Made by a program: the position numbers and the translations under genes
The notes under the pieces: model-generated
Told to the model about the DNA's origin: nothing
Databases searched by the model: none
Seen by the model: the letters and a program-made list of their open reading frames with translations, nothing else
Assembly (NCBI GenBank): GCA_964482495.1
Contig: CAYZXS010000002.1
Location: 20,856 to 84,855 of the forward strand
DNA from: an uncultured Planctomycetales bacterium
GTDB taxonomy: Bacteria > Planctomycetota > UBA1135
DNA: 64,000 nucleotides
Reading direction: 5' to 3'
Shown here: positions 1-8,957 of the stretch, in pieces
Numbering within the stretch: position 1 is the stretch's first letter
How the letters are laid out: every line of letters starts with the position of its first letter

Positions 1-44
1 CGGCGCGGCAGCCCGAGCAGGGCGAAGGGGTCGGACGTCGGCAT
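1..44 (-). CDS. hscB: 5' end of a J-domain co-chaperone (HscB-like); the gene runs off the left edge
   Basis: The minus-strand ATG at 42-44 gives MPTSDPFALLGLPR..., a typical HscB/J-domain N-terminus. It lies 22 nt downstream of iscA in an isc operon. Only 14 codons are visible. Confidence 0.4.
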   Translation of the reverse strand, partial: MPTSDPFALLGLPR

Positions 45-66
45 GCTCGCCGGGCCGGGAAGGGGC

Positions 67-423
67 TCAGACCGAGAAGGACTCGCCGCAGCCGCAGGTG
101 CCCTTGGCGTTGGGATTCTGGAAGTGGAACCCCTTGCCCTGCAGGCCGTCGGTGTACTCCAGGGTGGTGCCCCGGAGGTAGATCATCGACTTCGGGTCGC
201 AGAAGACGCGGACCCCGTCCTGCTCGATGATGGCGTCGCCCTCGGCCGGCTTGCGGTCGAAGTTCAGGGTGTAGCTGAAGCCGCTGCAGCCGCCGCCCTG
301 CACGCCGACGCGGACGCCGGCGGTCTCGGGAAGCTGGTGCTGCTCCATCAGCCGCCGGATCTCCTCGACCGCGGCCGGGCTCAGGCTCAGGTCCTGGGTG
401 TTCGGAGTCGTGTCAGTGCTCAT
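67..423 (-). CDS. iscA: Iron-sulfur cluster insertion protein, IscA/ErpA (HesB) family
   Basis: The internal ATG (cat at 421-423) gives MSTDTTPNTQDLSLSPAAVEEIRRLM...GVQGGGCSGFSY...GTCGCGESFSV, which carries the C-x(n)-C-G-C signature. It has an ATGA overlap with the iscU stop. Confidence 0.9.
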   Translation of the reverse strand: MSTDTTPNTQDLSLSPAAVEEIRRLMEQHQLPETAGVRVGVQGGGCSGFSYTLNFDRKPAEGDAIIEQDGVRVFCDPKSMIYLRGTTLEYTDGLQGKGFHFQNPNAKGTCGCGESFSV

Positions 424-824
424 CCTTGCGTCCCGGCTTCCGCCTGTTGCTCTTGCTTCTTCTGGTAATCGGCGATGGCCTGCTTGATGGCGTCCTCCGC
501 CAGCACCGAGCAGTGGATCTTGACCGGCGGCAGCGCCAGCTCCTCGGCGATGTCGGAGTTGCGGATCTCGGTCGCCTCGTCGAGCTTGCGGCCCTTGAGC
601 CACTCGGTCGCCAGGCTGGAGGAGGCGATCGCCGAGCCGCAGCCGAAGGTCTTGAACTTGGCGTCGACGATGACGCCGTCCTCGACCTGGATCTGCAGCT
701 TCATGACGTCGCCGCACTCGGGGGCGCCGACGACGCCAGTGCCGACCTCGGCGGCGTCCTTGTCGAGCGAGCCGACGTTGCGCGGGTGCTCGTAGTGATC
801 GATGACCTTGTCGCTGTAAGCCAT
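420..824 (-). CDS. iscU: Fe-S cluster assembly scaffold IscU
   Basis: MAYSDKVIDHYEHPRNVGSL...GAPECGDVMKLQI...FKTFGCGSAIASSS...LPPVKIHCSVLAEDA shows the canonical IscU motifs. The start codon is at 822-824. Confidence 0.95.
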   Translation of the reverse strand: MAYSDKVIDHYEHPRNVGSLDKDAAEVGTGVVGAPECGDVMKLQIQVEDGVIVDAKFKTFGCGSAIASSSLATEWLKGRKLDEATEIRNSDIAEELALPPVKIHCSVLAEDAIKQAIADYQKKQEQQAEAGTQG

Positions 825-829
825 GACTG

Positions 830-2050
830 TTAGTGGTGGGTCCAGTCCACGGTCTTGAGGTCGACGCCCTCGAGAGCCATCTCGTAGAGCGGCGACATCT
901 CGCGTAGCCGCCTGACCGCGGCGATGGTGCGGTCGGCGACGCGGTCCACCTCTTCCTCGGTGTTGAAGCGGCCGAAGCTGAAGCGGATGGAGGAATGCGC
1001 CAGGTCGTCGCCCCGCCCCATCGCGCGCAGCACGTGGGAGGGCTCGAGGCTGGCGGAGGTGCAGGCCGAGCCGGAGCTGACGGCGATGCCGTCCAGGCCC
1101 ATGAGCATCGACTCGCCCTCGACGAATTCGAAGCTCAGGTTCAGGCTGCAGGCCAGCCGCTGCTCGCGGTGGCCGTTGAGGTGGGTGTAGTCGAGCTCGC
1201 CCAGCAGCCGCCGCTCGAGCTGGTCGCGCAGGGCGCGGACCCGGGCCTGCTCGCCCTCGCGGTCCTCCAGGCACAGCTCCAGGGCCTTGGCGAAGCCGAC
1301 GATGCCCGGCACGTTCAAGGTGCCGGAGCGGAAGCCGCGCTCGTGGCCGCCGCCGAAGACGATCGGCTCCAGCCTCACCCGCGGCCGGCGGCGGCGGACG
1401 TAGAGCGCGCCCGCGCCCTTGGGGCCGTACATCTTGTGGCTCGAGAAGCTCAGCAGGTCGATGCACTGGGCCTCGACGTCCACCGGCTCCTTGCCGACGG
1501 TCTGGGTGGCGTCGCAGTGGAACAGCGCGCCGCGCTCGCGGCAGGCGGCCCCGATCTCAGCGACGGGGTGCAGCGTGCCGACCTCGTTGTTGCCGTGCAT
1601 GATCGACACCAGGGTGGTGTCGTCGCGCAGGGCGGCGCGCAGCTCGGCCGGGTCGACCATGCCGTCGGCGTCGACGCCGAGGGTGGTGACCTCCCAGCCC
1701 TGGGCCTGCAGCGCCAGCATCGGGTCGAGCACGGCCTTGTGCTCGGTGGCGCAGGTGATCAGGTGGCGGCCCTTCTCGCGGTACATCCGGGCCACGCCCA
1801 GGATCGCCATGTTGTTGGCCTCGGTCGATCCCGAGGTGAACACCAGCTCGCGCGGGCTGGCGCCGATGCCATCCGCCAGGCCCCGCCGGGCGGCGTCGAC
1901 CGCCTTCTCGGCGGCCCAGCCGTAGGCGTGGTTCCGGGAGGAGGCGTTGCCGTAGGCCTCCCCGAAGTAGGGCAGCATGGCCTCGACCACGCGCGGGTCG
2001 ACGCGCGTCGTCGCCTGGTTGTCCAGGTAGATCAGGGGCTCGCCGCTCAT
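830..2050 (-). CDS. iscS: Cysteine desulfurase IscS/NifS (class V aminotransferase)
   Basis: [25 protein letters not shown]...SGSTEANN...[17 protein letters not shown]...SSGSACTS contains the PLP-lysine motif and the active-site Cys loop. It has an ATGA overlap with the iscR stop. Confidence 0.95.
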   Translation of the reverse strand: MSGEPLIYLDNQATTRVDPRVVEAMLPYFGEAYGNASSRNHAYGWAAEKAVDAARRGLADGIGASPRELVFTSGSTEANNMAILGVARMYREKGRHLITCATEHKAVLDPMLALQAQGWEVTTLGVDADGMVDPAELRAALRDDTTLVSIMHGNNEVGTLHPVAEIGAACRERGALFHCDATQTVGKEPVDVEAQCIDLLSFSSHKMYGPKGAGALYVRRRRPRVRLEPIVFGGGHERGFRSGTLNVPGIVGFAKALELCLEDREGEQARVRALRDQLERRLLGELDYTHLNGHREQRLACSLNLSFEFVEGESMLMGLDGIAVSSGSACTSASLEPSHVLRAMGRGDDLAHSSIRFSFGRFNTEEEVDRVADRTIAAVRRLREMSPLYEMALEGVDLKTVDWTHH

Positions 2051-2514
2051 TCCTGGTCGCCGGCTGCGGCCTGCGGGACGCCGATCGAGGCCTGGTGGTC
2101 GCCGTTCCTGGCGTTCCGGGCCCGGACGATGTCCGCCAGGGTGTAGCCGTCGAGCACCGTCTGGATCTTGGAGGCGACCTCGCCGATCCCGTCCTGGATG
2201 GTGCAGATGTCCTGGAAGTCGCAGCCGTGGTCGCTGGCGCAGCGGGCGACTTGGACCGGACCCTCGAGGATCGAGATGACCAGGGTCAGGCTCAGCTCCT
2301 CGGCAGGACGCTTGAGCCGGTAGCCGCCGCCCGGGCCGCGGGTGGCTTCCACCACCTTGGCTTGGGAGAGGGCTTTGAGCACCTCCGCGAGCAGTCGGCG
2401 GGGCGTGCCCAGGCGTGCGACGATCTCGCGCACGCTGCAGTACACCCCCGGCCGGGCCGCCAGGTAGGCGAGAGCCATCAGGCCGTACTCGGAGCGCTTC
2501 GTCAGTCTCAGCAT
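2047..2514 (-). CDS. iscR: Rrf2-family transcriptional regulator (IscR-like)
   Basis: [23 protein letters not shown]...SVREIV is an Rrf2 winged helix, and Cys residues follow ([13 protein letters not shown]). It is the first gene of the isc operon. Confidence 0.85.
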   Translation of the reverse strand: MLRLTKRSEYGLMALAYLAARPGVYCSVREIVARLGTPRRLLAEVLKALSQAKVVEATRGPGGGYRLKRPAEELSLTLVISILEGPVQVARCASDHGCDFQDICTIQDGIGEVASKIQTVLDGYTLADIVRARNARNGDHQASIGVPQAAAGDQE

Positions 2515-2528
2515 GACCCTCGTAATTT

Positions 2529-2545
2529 AGCACTTATATAGTGCT
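2529..2545. promoter_or_regulatory. Candidate Rrf2/IscR operator: inverted repeat AGCACT-TATAT-AGTGCT
   Basis: This is a perfect 6-bp inverted repeat with a 5-bp AT spacer in an AT-rich island. It sits 15 nt upstream of the iscR start codon. Confidence 0.4.
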
Positions 2546-2556
2546 CTTTCAAGGGC

Positions 2557-2580
2557 GAAAATCGAGGGTCGCCCCGACCC
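2557..2580 (-). terminator. Intrinsic terminator downstream of the thioesterase gene
   Basis: On the minus strand the sequence is GGGTCG-GGGC-CGACCC followed by TCGATTTTCG. That is a 6-bp GC stem, a 4-nt loop and a T-rich tail. Confidence 0.5.
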
Positions 2581-2593
2581 ATGGGGGCTACTA

Positions 2594-2607
2594 GTCGATT
2601 AATCGAC
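2594..2607. repeat. Perfect 14-bp palindrome GTCGATTAATCGAC (copy A of the TCGATT..AATCGA element family)
   Basis: Read directly from the sequence. It lies in the 3' UTR between the thioesterase stop (2620) and its terminator hairpin. Related elements occur at 10315-10375 and 49561-49627. Confidence 0.6.
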
Positions 2608-2619
2608 CCTATTGCAGGG

Positions 2620-3063
2620 CTAATTTCCGCTCAGCCGCCGGTAGCGGGCTTCCGGGGCCTTCCGCTCCATGAGCTCCCGGTAGGGGCCGGGGAGGCGGGT
2701 GGGCTTCCAGTTCTGGACCCCGACGCAGCCCAGCTCGACCCCGCCGGTGGCGCACAGGACCCCGCTCTCCGCGTCGTAGACCTCGTGGCGGAAGCTGAGG
2801 GTGGAGAGGGTCCAGCCGTAGACGACGGTGTGGATCTGGGCCAGGGCGTCGAAGCGCAGCGGAGCCTGGTAGTGGCACTCGGCCCGGATCACCGGCAGCA
2901 TGCGGCCCTCCTGCTCCTCCATGTCCCGGTAGCGCAGGCCCTCGTCGCGCAGCCACTCGGTGCGGCCGAGCTCGAACAGCTCCAGATAGCGGCCGTAATA
3001 AAGCACCCCCATCGAGTCGGTGTCCCGGTAGAGGATGCGGTACTCGGTGCGGTGGCTCTCCAT
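2620..3063 (-). CDS. Acyl-CoA thioesterase, YbgC/4HBT (hotdog fold) family
   Basis: MESHRTEYRILYRDTDSMGVLYYGRYLELFELGRTEWLR... is the typical YbgC-type N-terminus with the catalytic Asp region. The start codon is at 3061-3063. Confidence 0.85.
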   Translation of the reverse strand: MESHRTEYRILYRDTDSMGVLYYGRYLELFELGRTEWLRDEGLRYRDMEEQEGRMLPVIRAECHYQAPLRFDALAQIHTVVYGWTLSTLSFRHEVYDAESGVLCATGGVELGCVGVQNWKPTRLPGPYRELMERKAPEARYRRLSGN

Positions 3064-3115
3064 CCGAGGGATTCTAAGCTGTCGCCGCCGGGCTCTCTCT
3101 GCTAGAAAACGCCGC

Positions 3116-3940
3116 ATGGACGCGCTCGCTCCGCCCGAAGAGACCCGCAATCGCATCGGCGTCGCGGTCGGGCTGTCGATCCTCCTGCCGGGGCTCGGGC
3201 ACCTGGCGGCGGGGCGCAAGGGCTGGTGCCTGGGCTGGTTCCTGGTCTGCCAGGGTTGCCTGTACCTGGGCCTCCAGCTGGCCGGCGCCACCCAGCTCGA
3301 CTACGGCACCTGGTTCCATCTGGGTCAGGTCCAGGCCCTGTTCCTGCTCCTGCCCGAGGTCACCAACCTGCTCGGCCTGCAGGTCGCGGCCCAGCTCTTC
3401 ACCAGCGTCGAGAGCGGCGGCGTCGACCCGACCGCCCTGCCTTGGCGCGACCTCGGCCACCTCCTGAGCGGCGCCTCCGGGGTGCTCGCCGGCTTCGCGG
3501 CCGCCCACGCCGCCGGCCTGGTCCTGGCCCGAGACCTGCCGCGCCCGGGCCGCAAGGTCCACCCGGGCACGGCCGCGCTCGCCACCTTGCTGCTGCCGGG
3601 CGCCGGCCACTGGATCACGGGCCGCCGCTTCAAGGCCTGGCTGCTCGGCGGCACCGTGCTCGGCCTGTTCCTGGTCGGCATGCTGCTCGGCGACTTCGCC
3701 GACTTCGACCGCCAGCGCCACCCCTACTACTGGGCCGGCCAGATGTTCGGCGGCGGCAGCTTCTGGCTGGTCTCCCTGGCCAGCGCCGGCGCCCGCTTCA
3801 CCGAGGTGCTGCGCTTCATGGACGCCGGCCTGCTCTTCACCACCTCCGCCGGGCTGTTCAACGTGGTCGTCGCCTTGGACGCCTACCACCGGGCGCAGCA
3901 CGACTGGCTGGCCGACGACGGACGGGGAGGGGCGGCATGA
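3116..3940 (+). CDS. Polytopic membrane protein of unknown function with an internally repeated LLPGxGHxxxGR motif
   Basis: The ATG is at 3116. The protein has several hydrophobic segments. The motif SILLPGLGHLAAGRKGW recurs as TLLLPGAGHWITGRRFKAW. Confidence 0.7.
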   Translation: MDALAPPEETRNRIGVAVGLSILLPGLGHLAAGRKGWCLGWFLVCQGCLYLGLQLAGATQLDYGTWFHLGQVQALFLLLPEVTNLLGLQVAAQLFTSVESGGVDPTALPWRDLGHLLSGASGVLAGFAAAHAAGLVLARDLPRPGRKVHPGTAALATLLLPGAGHWITGRRFKAWLLGGTVLGLFLVGMLLGDFADFDRQRHPYYWAGQMFGGGSFWLVSLASAGARFTEVLRFMDAGLLFTTSAGLFNVVVALDAYHRAQHDWLADDGRGGAA

Positions 3941-4131
3941 GTGGCGACCTGATCGGCCTGTTCCTGCTGCTGGTGGTCTTCAGCCTGGCCCTGGCCGTGG
4001 TCGTCAGCGGCTACCGGGACGACGACCCGAAGCTCATCCTGCGCGGCGTCGTGCGCCGGTCGCTGAGCTTCCTGGGCGCGGTGGTGGCGATCGGCCTGTG
4101 CTCGCTCGGGGTCAGCTGGTTCCTGTCCTGA
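3937..4131 (+). CDS. Small two-helix membrane protein (64 aa)
   Basis: MSGDLIGLFLLLVVFSLALAVVV...LGAVVAIGLCSLGVSWFLS. It has an ATGA overlap with the upstream stop, which indicates translational coupling. Confidence 0.6.
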   Translation: MSGDLIGLFLLLVVFSLALAVVVSGYRDDDPKLILRGVVRRSLSFLGAVVAIGLCSLGVSWFLS

Positions 4132-4153
4132 GCCGGGCGGCGGCCCTCCTGGC

Positions 4154-5848
4154 TCAGTAACCCAGCTCGCGCAGCGCCCGCGCCAGCTCCTCGCTGAGCG
4201 CCGCTTCGGGCCCGGTGCCGGCCACCGCCTCGGCGGGCCCGAGCTCCTCGCTCCGCCCGGTGGCGACGTCGAAGCGCCGGCCGGCGCTGGACGAGGGGTA
4301 GTAGGTGCTCGAGCTGGTGGTGCTGCCGCGGCGGTCGAAGAGGTCGCGGCTCCAGCCATCGGGCCGGGGCAAGCCGGCCAGCCGCAGCAAGGTGGGGGCC
4401 ATCCAGTGGGCGCCGACGGCTTCGGCGCGGCGCTCGGCGTCGATCTTGCCGGGCCAGACCAGGGCGGCCGGCACTCGGACGACGGCGTCGTGGAAGCTGT
4501 GGCCGTGCTCGAAGGAGCCGTCGTCCCAGAGCTCCTCGCCGTGGTCGGCGTGGAAGGCGAGCAGCGGCGCCGGCGTGGCCTCGAGGCGCTCCCGGAGCCA
4601 GGGCCCCAGCTCACGGTCGAGGGCGGCGACCTCGGCGCGGTAGCGGCGCGCCACCTGGCTCCGGTCGGCCTCGGACAGGTCGAAGAAGCGCCGCCGCTGG
4701 GCCGGGCTGTGCTCGGCCGAGAAGAAGGCCTCCAGGTCGAGGGCGGCGAGCGGATCGGGGCCGAGGTCGCCGGCCCCCGGCGGCGCGTAGGGGAGGTGCG
4801 GCGCCATCAGGTGGACGACCAGGAAGCGCGGCCGGTGGTCGTTCCGCCGCCACCAGTCGCCGGCCAGGCTCAGGGCCAGGCCGGTCTCCTCGCGGCAGCG
4901 CTGATAGACCTCGAAGCCGCGGTCCAGCCCGGTCCAGGGCTCGAGGAAGGGATTCTGGTGCACCATCGCCGTGGCGTAGCCGGCGCTCCGGAACTGCTCG
5001 GCCAGGGTCGGCAGCTCCGGGCGCAGGCCGCGGTAGTCGCGCTGGGACGCGGCCCCGTCCAGGCCGCGCGCCCGGCCCGCGCCGTGGGCGGCGGGGTCGA
5101 GGCCGCTCAGCAGGGAGGCGTAGGCGGGCAGGGTCCAATTCGAGGGCGCCACGGCCGCCGTCCAGAGGCAGCCCTGGCTCAGCAGCTCCTGGAGCTCCGG
5201 CGCCTGCTCCAGGGCGTCGGCGCGGAAGGTGTCGACCGTGACCAGCAGCACGTCGGGCGGCCCCTCGCGGGCCTGCGTTGCCGGGGCCAGCACCGGGCTG
5301 CCCCAGGCCACCTCGGTCTCCGGCGGGGTCAAGGCCCCGGTCTGCTCCCAGCGGAGGCGGAAGAGCAACTCGCCGGCCGGGCCGGGCGGCAGCTCGAGGC
5401 GGAGCTCCTGCCAGGCGCGGGCGGCGGGGTCGAGCGCGACGCTCGCAAGCACCTGGACCCCGTCGGCGCTGCGGCTGCGGACTTCGGCCCGGATCCGGCT
5501 GCGGCCGGTGGTCCGCCGGTCTCCGCTCTGGGGCACCGGGAGCAGGGCGGTGGTGAGCCGCCGCGGCTCGTCGCTGGCCGGGACCGGCGCCCGGATTTCG
5601 CTCGGCACCGTGGCCACCAGGGCGTCGCGGGTGTCGCCGAGCCGGTCCGGCGCCGGCTGCGAGAGCTCGTGGACGTCGCGGCCGAACCAGGCGCTGACCT
5701 GGTGGGCGCGCTTGGCCTGGGCGGCCCCACGCTCGAGCCGGAAGGGGTGGCCCTGGCCGCAGGGGTCCCAGTCGGCGAGGGCGGCTACCTCCGGTTCAGG
5801 GCCGCAGGCCGTCAGCGTCGTCAGGAGCAGGAGGAGCGCGATTCTCAT
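4154..5848 (-). CDS. Sulfatase-like hydrolase/transferase lipoprotein (alkaline phosphatase superfamily)
   Basis: The lipobox is LLLLTTLTAC. The core includes LLVTVDTFRADAL and HLMAPHLPYAPP. The nucleophile region reads SNWTLPAYASLLSG, a Thr-x-Pro type rather than the C/S-x-P-x-R motif of true sulfatases. Confidence 0.85.
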   Translation of the reverse strand: MRIALLLLLTTLTACGPEPEVAALADWDPCGQGHPFRLERGAAQAKRAHQVSAWFGRDVHELSQPAPDRLGDTRDALVATVPSEIRAPVPASDEPRRLTTALLPVPQSGDRRTTGRSRIRAEVRSRSADGVQVLASVALDPAARAWQELRLELPPGPAGELLFRLRWEQTGALTPPETEVAWGSPVLAPATQAREGPPDVLLVTVDTFRADALEQAPELQELLSQGCLWTAAVAPSNWTLPAYASLLSGLDPAAHGAGRARGLDGAASQRDYRGLRPELPTLAEQFRSAGYATAMVHQNPFLEPWTGLDRGFEVYQRCREETGLALSLAGDWWRRNDHRPRFLVVHLMAPHLPYAPPGAGDLGPDPLAALDLEAFFSAEHSPAQRRRFFDLSEADRSQVARRYRAEVAALDRELGPWLRERLEATPAPLLAFHADHGEELWDDGSFEHGHSFHDAVVRVPAALVWPGKIDAERRAEAVGAHWMAPTLLRLAGLPRPDGWSRDLFDRRGSTTSSSTYYPSSSAGRRFDVATGRSEELGPAEAVAGTGPEAALSEELARALRELGY

Positions 5849-6917
5849 TCCGGACGGGCCGGGGCCCGCACCGATGATAGACCCCCCCGGGCCGCCGGGT
5901 CAGCCAGCCGCGCAGCTCGTGCTGCACCAGCTGGAGCAGCAGCGAATCCCCCGGGCGTCCAAGCAGCGCCGACAGCTCGTCCAGGCTCAGGTCCTCCTCC
6001 GCCAGCGCCTGGAGCAGCGGGTCTTCCTCCGGCTCGGCCTCGATCGGGCGGAAGTGGTTGAGGACTTGGACCGGCGACACCGCCAGATGGGCGCCGTCGA
6101 GGACCAGGCTCAGGGGCCCCAGGGAGACCACGGAATCGACCGCCCCGGCCAGGCCGAAGATCTCGCGGCCGAGTTGATTCGCCAACGCGGCGGTGATCAT
6201 GCTGCCCGACTTCTCGGTGGCCTGGACCACGACCACGCCGTCGCATAGGGCGGCGATCAGCCGGTTCCGGCGCGGGAAGTTGCCGCGCATCGGCGCCGTG
6301 CCACAGGGGAACTCGCTGACCACCGCCCCGCCGGCCTCGGTGATCCGGCGGAGGAGGGGGCCGGCGTCGGGCGGGTAGGGCCGGTCCAGGCCCGATCCGA
6401 TCACCGCCACCACCCGGCCGCCGCACTCGAGCGCCCCGCGCATCGCCTCCTGGTCCACGCCGCGGGCCGCCCCGCTCACGACCACCGCGCCCTCGGCGGC
6501 GAAGCCGGCCCCGAAGCGCCGCGCCTGCTCCCGGCCGTAGGCGCTGCAGGCGCGGGCGCCGACGACCGCGATCCTACGCTCGGGCCCCTCGAGGGCGCCC
6601 GGGTCGCCGAGCACCGCCGCCACCGGCGGCGGGTGGTCGAGGTGTCGGAAGCGCTCCGGAAAGCGCGCCGGGTCCGCCTCGCTGAGCAGCGTGGCGTCCA
6701 GTCGTCGCAGCCGCTCCCGCTCCTCGCGCGCATGGGCGGTCATCGCGGCGGGGTCGTCGAGCAGCACGCTGCGCCGCCACGGGAATCGCCAGCGCCGGCG
6801 CGCCGCGACCACCGCCTTGGCCGAGCCGCCCTGACGGAGCAGCTCCCGGATGCCCACCGCGCCGAGCTGCGGGCGGCAGTTCAACGCCAAGAGCGCCAGC
6901 TCCTCTTCCTGGTCCAT
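5796..6917 (-). CDS. dprA: DNA-processing protein DprA (Smf)
   Basis: GARACSAYGREQARRFG...VVSGAARGVDQEAMRGALECGGRVVAVIGSGLDRPYP is the Rossmann-like DprA core. The 3' end overlaps the downstream start by 53 nt. Confidence 0.9.
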   Translation of the reverse strand: MDQEEELALLALNCRPQLGAVGIRELLRQGGSAKAVVAARRRWRFPWRRSVLLDDPAAMTAHAREERERLRRLDATLLSEADPARFPERFRHLDHPPPVAAVLGDPGALEGPERRIAVVGARACSAYGREQARRFGAGFAAEGAVVVSGAARGVDQEAMRGALECGGRVVAVIGSGLDRPYPPDAGPLLRRITEAGGAVVSEFPCGTAPMRGNFPRRNRLIAALCDGVVVVQATEKSGSMITAALANQLGREIFGLAGAVDSVVSLGPLSLVLDGAHLAVSPVQVLNHFRPIEAEPEEDPLLQALAEEDLSLDELSALLGRPGDSLLLQLVQHELRGWLTRRPGGVYHRCGPRPVRNENRAPPAPDDADGLRP

Positions 6918-6973
6918 GCCGGGGAAGACGGAGCGGGCGCTCCTGGGTTACGCGGCTTCCGCCGCGCGCGGTC

Positions 6974-7591
6974 TTAGTGGATGTCGAGCGCCATCAAGGC
7001 CTCGCGGATCGCCGGGAGCATCGCTTCCATGTCCTCGATCGGACCGGCGACCTTGAGGTAGACGTCGTTGTGCAGCGGAGTGCCGGAGATCCCGGCGCCG
7101 ACCAGCATCCAGCCCTCGCGGGGCGGGCCGCCGCCGATGACCTTGGTGGCGACCAGGGTGCCCTTCAGGGTCACCAGCTTGGTCGGGTACTTGCAGCCCT
7201 CGAGCTCCTCGACGGTCATGTTGGCGTCCGCGTCGCCGTCGGCGAACAGGAACTGGCCGGGCGTGGCCCAGCGGTCGAGGTTGGCGTCGACGCCGCCGCC
7301 GACCACGCTCAAGGTGCCGCCGCCGCCGCTGGGGAAGTCCCAGACGACCTCGGCGAACATCACGTCGCGGTCGGACTCGGCCCAGCCTTCCGGCGCCGAG
7401 AAGTGGATCGGGCTCGAGCCGGCGTGCTGGTGGCCATCGTCGGCCGGGGGCGTGGCGGCGCCGGCGCCCGGGTTGGCCGGGGCGGCCGGGCCGGCCTGCG
7501 GGGCGGCCGGGGTGGTGTTGACGGTGGGGGCTTCCGGGGCCCGCATGCAGGCGGCAGCGAGCGGAAGAAGGAGGCAGAGGACCCTTCGCAT
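6974..7591 (-). CDS. Hypothetical lipoprotein
   Basis: The internal ATG (7589-7591) gives MRRVLCLLLPLAAAC, a lipobox. A Pro/Ala linker and a His-rich stretch (DDGHQHAG) follow. I recognise no family. Confidence 0.65.
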   Translation of the reverse strand: MRRVLCLLLPLAAACMRAPEAPTVNTTPAAPQAGPAAPANPGAGAATPPADDGHQHAGSSPIHFSAPEGWAESDRDVMFAEVVWDFPSGGGGTLSVVGGGVDANLDRWATPGQFLFADGDADANMTVEELEGCKYPTKLVTLKGTLVATKVIGGGPPREGWMLVGAGISGTPLHNDVYLKVAGPIEDMEAMLPAIREALMALDIH

Positions 7592-7634
7592 GGCGGGGAG
7601 TCTACTCGCGCGGCCCAAGGCTATCCTGTCCCCT

Positions 7635-8957
7635 ATGAAGGCGCGCGCCTGCCTGATGGCCCTGCCCCTGGTTGCGGCCTCCTGCCTCTCGACCAAGGTC
7701 GAGCTGGACACCGAGGTCTACGCGGACGGCACCGTCCAGCGGCGGCTGGTGGTCACCAGCAGCGACGACGGCGAGGCCGCCGAGCACCCCGCCATGCTGC
7801 GGCTCGGCGGCGCCGGCTACGGGCTGCTTCGGCAGGAGACGGGCAGCTTCGAGGCCTCCGGGGTCTTCGGCCCCGGCCAGCCGATCCCGCCGGCGCTGTC
7901 CTTCCACGCCGATTCGCTCGACCGCAGCGCCCCGGCGGCCGCCAGCCTGGTGATCCAGGACTGGGGCCTGTTCCGGCGGTTCCGCTACCGCGAGCGGCTG
8001 GCTGACGTGGTCGACCCGGACGAGATCCGGCTGGTGGTCGAGGAGGCCGCCGTCCTGTTGCTGGAGAACGCCGACGACACCCTGGAGCGGCTGATCGGGC
8101 CGCACTACCTGCGGACGCGCCTCCACGCCGAGGTCTCGGGCGGGCTCGGCGAGCTGGCGCGGGAGCTGGCGCTGCAGCTGTGGCGGGCGACCGCCCTGGA
8201 GGACTTCGACGAGGAGCGGGTGGTCCGGCGCGCTTGCGCGATTTGCCGGAGGGCCGGGATCCCGGTGGACGCCGACCTGGTGCTGGCGGCCTTCGAGCAG
8301 GGCGAGGAGAGCGAGGCCTACTTCCGGCTGCGCCGCGAGCTCGGGGACTGGGCCGCCGGCATGCTCGAGATCGTCGACGAGGAGGAGACCGGCGGCCGGC
8401 GGCCTGCTTGGCCGGACATGAAGGCCCTGCTCTTCGACGGGCCGCTGGAGCTGGCCTTTCAGGAGGAGCTGGTGCGGCGCTTCGGCGGCGAGCAGGGCCT
8501 GGAGGAGTGGGCGGGGAAGACCTGGACCCGGATCTTCGGCCTGTTCGGCAGCGGCGCCGGCGACATCGACTTCCACCTGCGGGTGCGGCTGCCCGGGGAC
8601 CCGTTGAAGAGCAACGGTTACCTGAGCGGCGACGGCGCCGCCTTCCTCGAGTTCCCGGCCAGCGCCATCTACCCCGGCGGGGCCGGCCTGAGCTCGGAGT
8701 CGGTGCTGTGGGAGCCGGGGGTGACCGGGGCGCTGCCCGGCTTCCGGCGGCTGCCCACCAACGAGCTGGCCGTGCGATGGACCTGGCTGGCGGGGGAGGG
8801 CCCGGCGTCGGCGCCGGACCCGGCGCTGGTGGAGCTGCTGAAGCGCTGCGCGCTGGCGCGGTCCTGGGCGCCCTTCGAGGAGCGGCTGCGGCAGGAGCCG
8901 GCGCGCGCCGAGCGCTGGGCGGAGGCCCTGGCTTGGCTCAAGGGTGAGAAGGATTGA
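7635..8957 (+). CDS. Hypothetical lipoprotein (440 aa)
   Basis: The ATG at 7635 gives MKARACLMALPLVAASC, a lipobox. G/C at third codon positions is strong throughout. I recognise no family. Confidence 0.7.
   Translation: MKARACLMALPLVAASCLSTKVELDTEVYADGTVQRRLVVTSSDDGEAAEHPAMLRLGGAGYGLLRQETGSFEASGVFGPGQPIPPALSFHADSLDRSAPAAASLVIQDWGLFRRFRYRERLADVVDPDEIRLVVEEAAVLLLENADDTLERLIGPHYLRTRLHAEVSGGLGELARELALQLWRATALEDFDEERVVRRACAICRRAGIPVDADLVLAAFEQGEESEAYFRLRRELGDWAAGMLEIVDEEETGGRRPAWPDMKALLFDGPLELAFQEELVRRFGGEQGLEEWAGKTWTRIFGLFGSGAGDIDFHLRVRLPGDPLKSNGYLSGDGAAFLEFPASAIYPGGAGLSSESVLWEPGVTGALPGFRRLPTNELAVRWTWLAGEGPASAPDPALVELLKRCALARSWAPFEERLRQEPARAERWAEALAWLKGEKD

Noticed and set aside
5796-5848. The 53-nt overlap between the dprA 3' end and the sulfatase-like gene start could indicate a mis-called start.
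   Set aside because: The upstream-most ATG yields a textbook lipoprotein signal (MRIALLLLLTTLTAC). The dprA reading frame keeps family similarity to its end. The overlap is therefore accepted as real.
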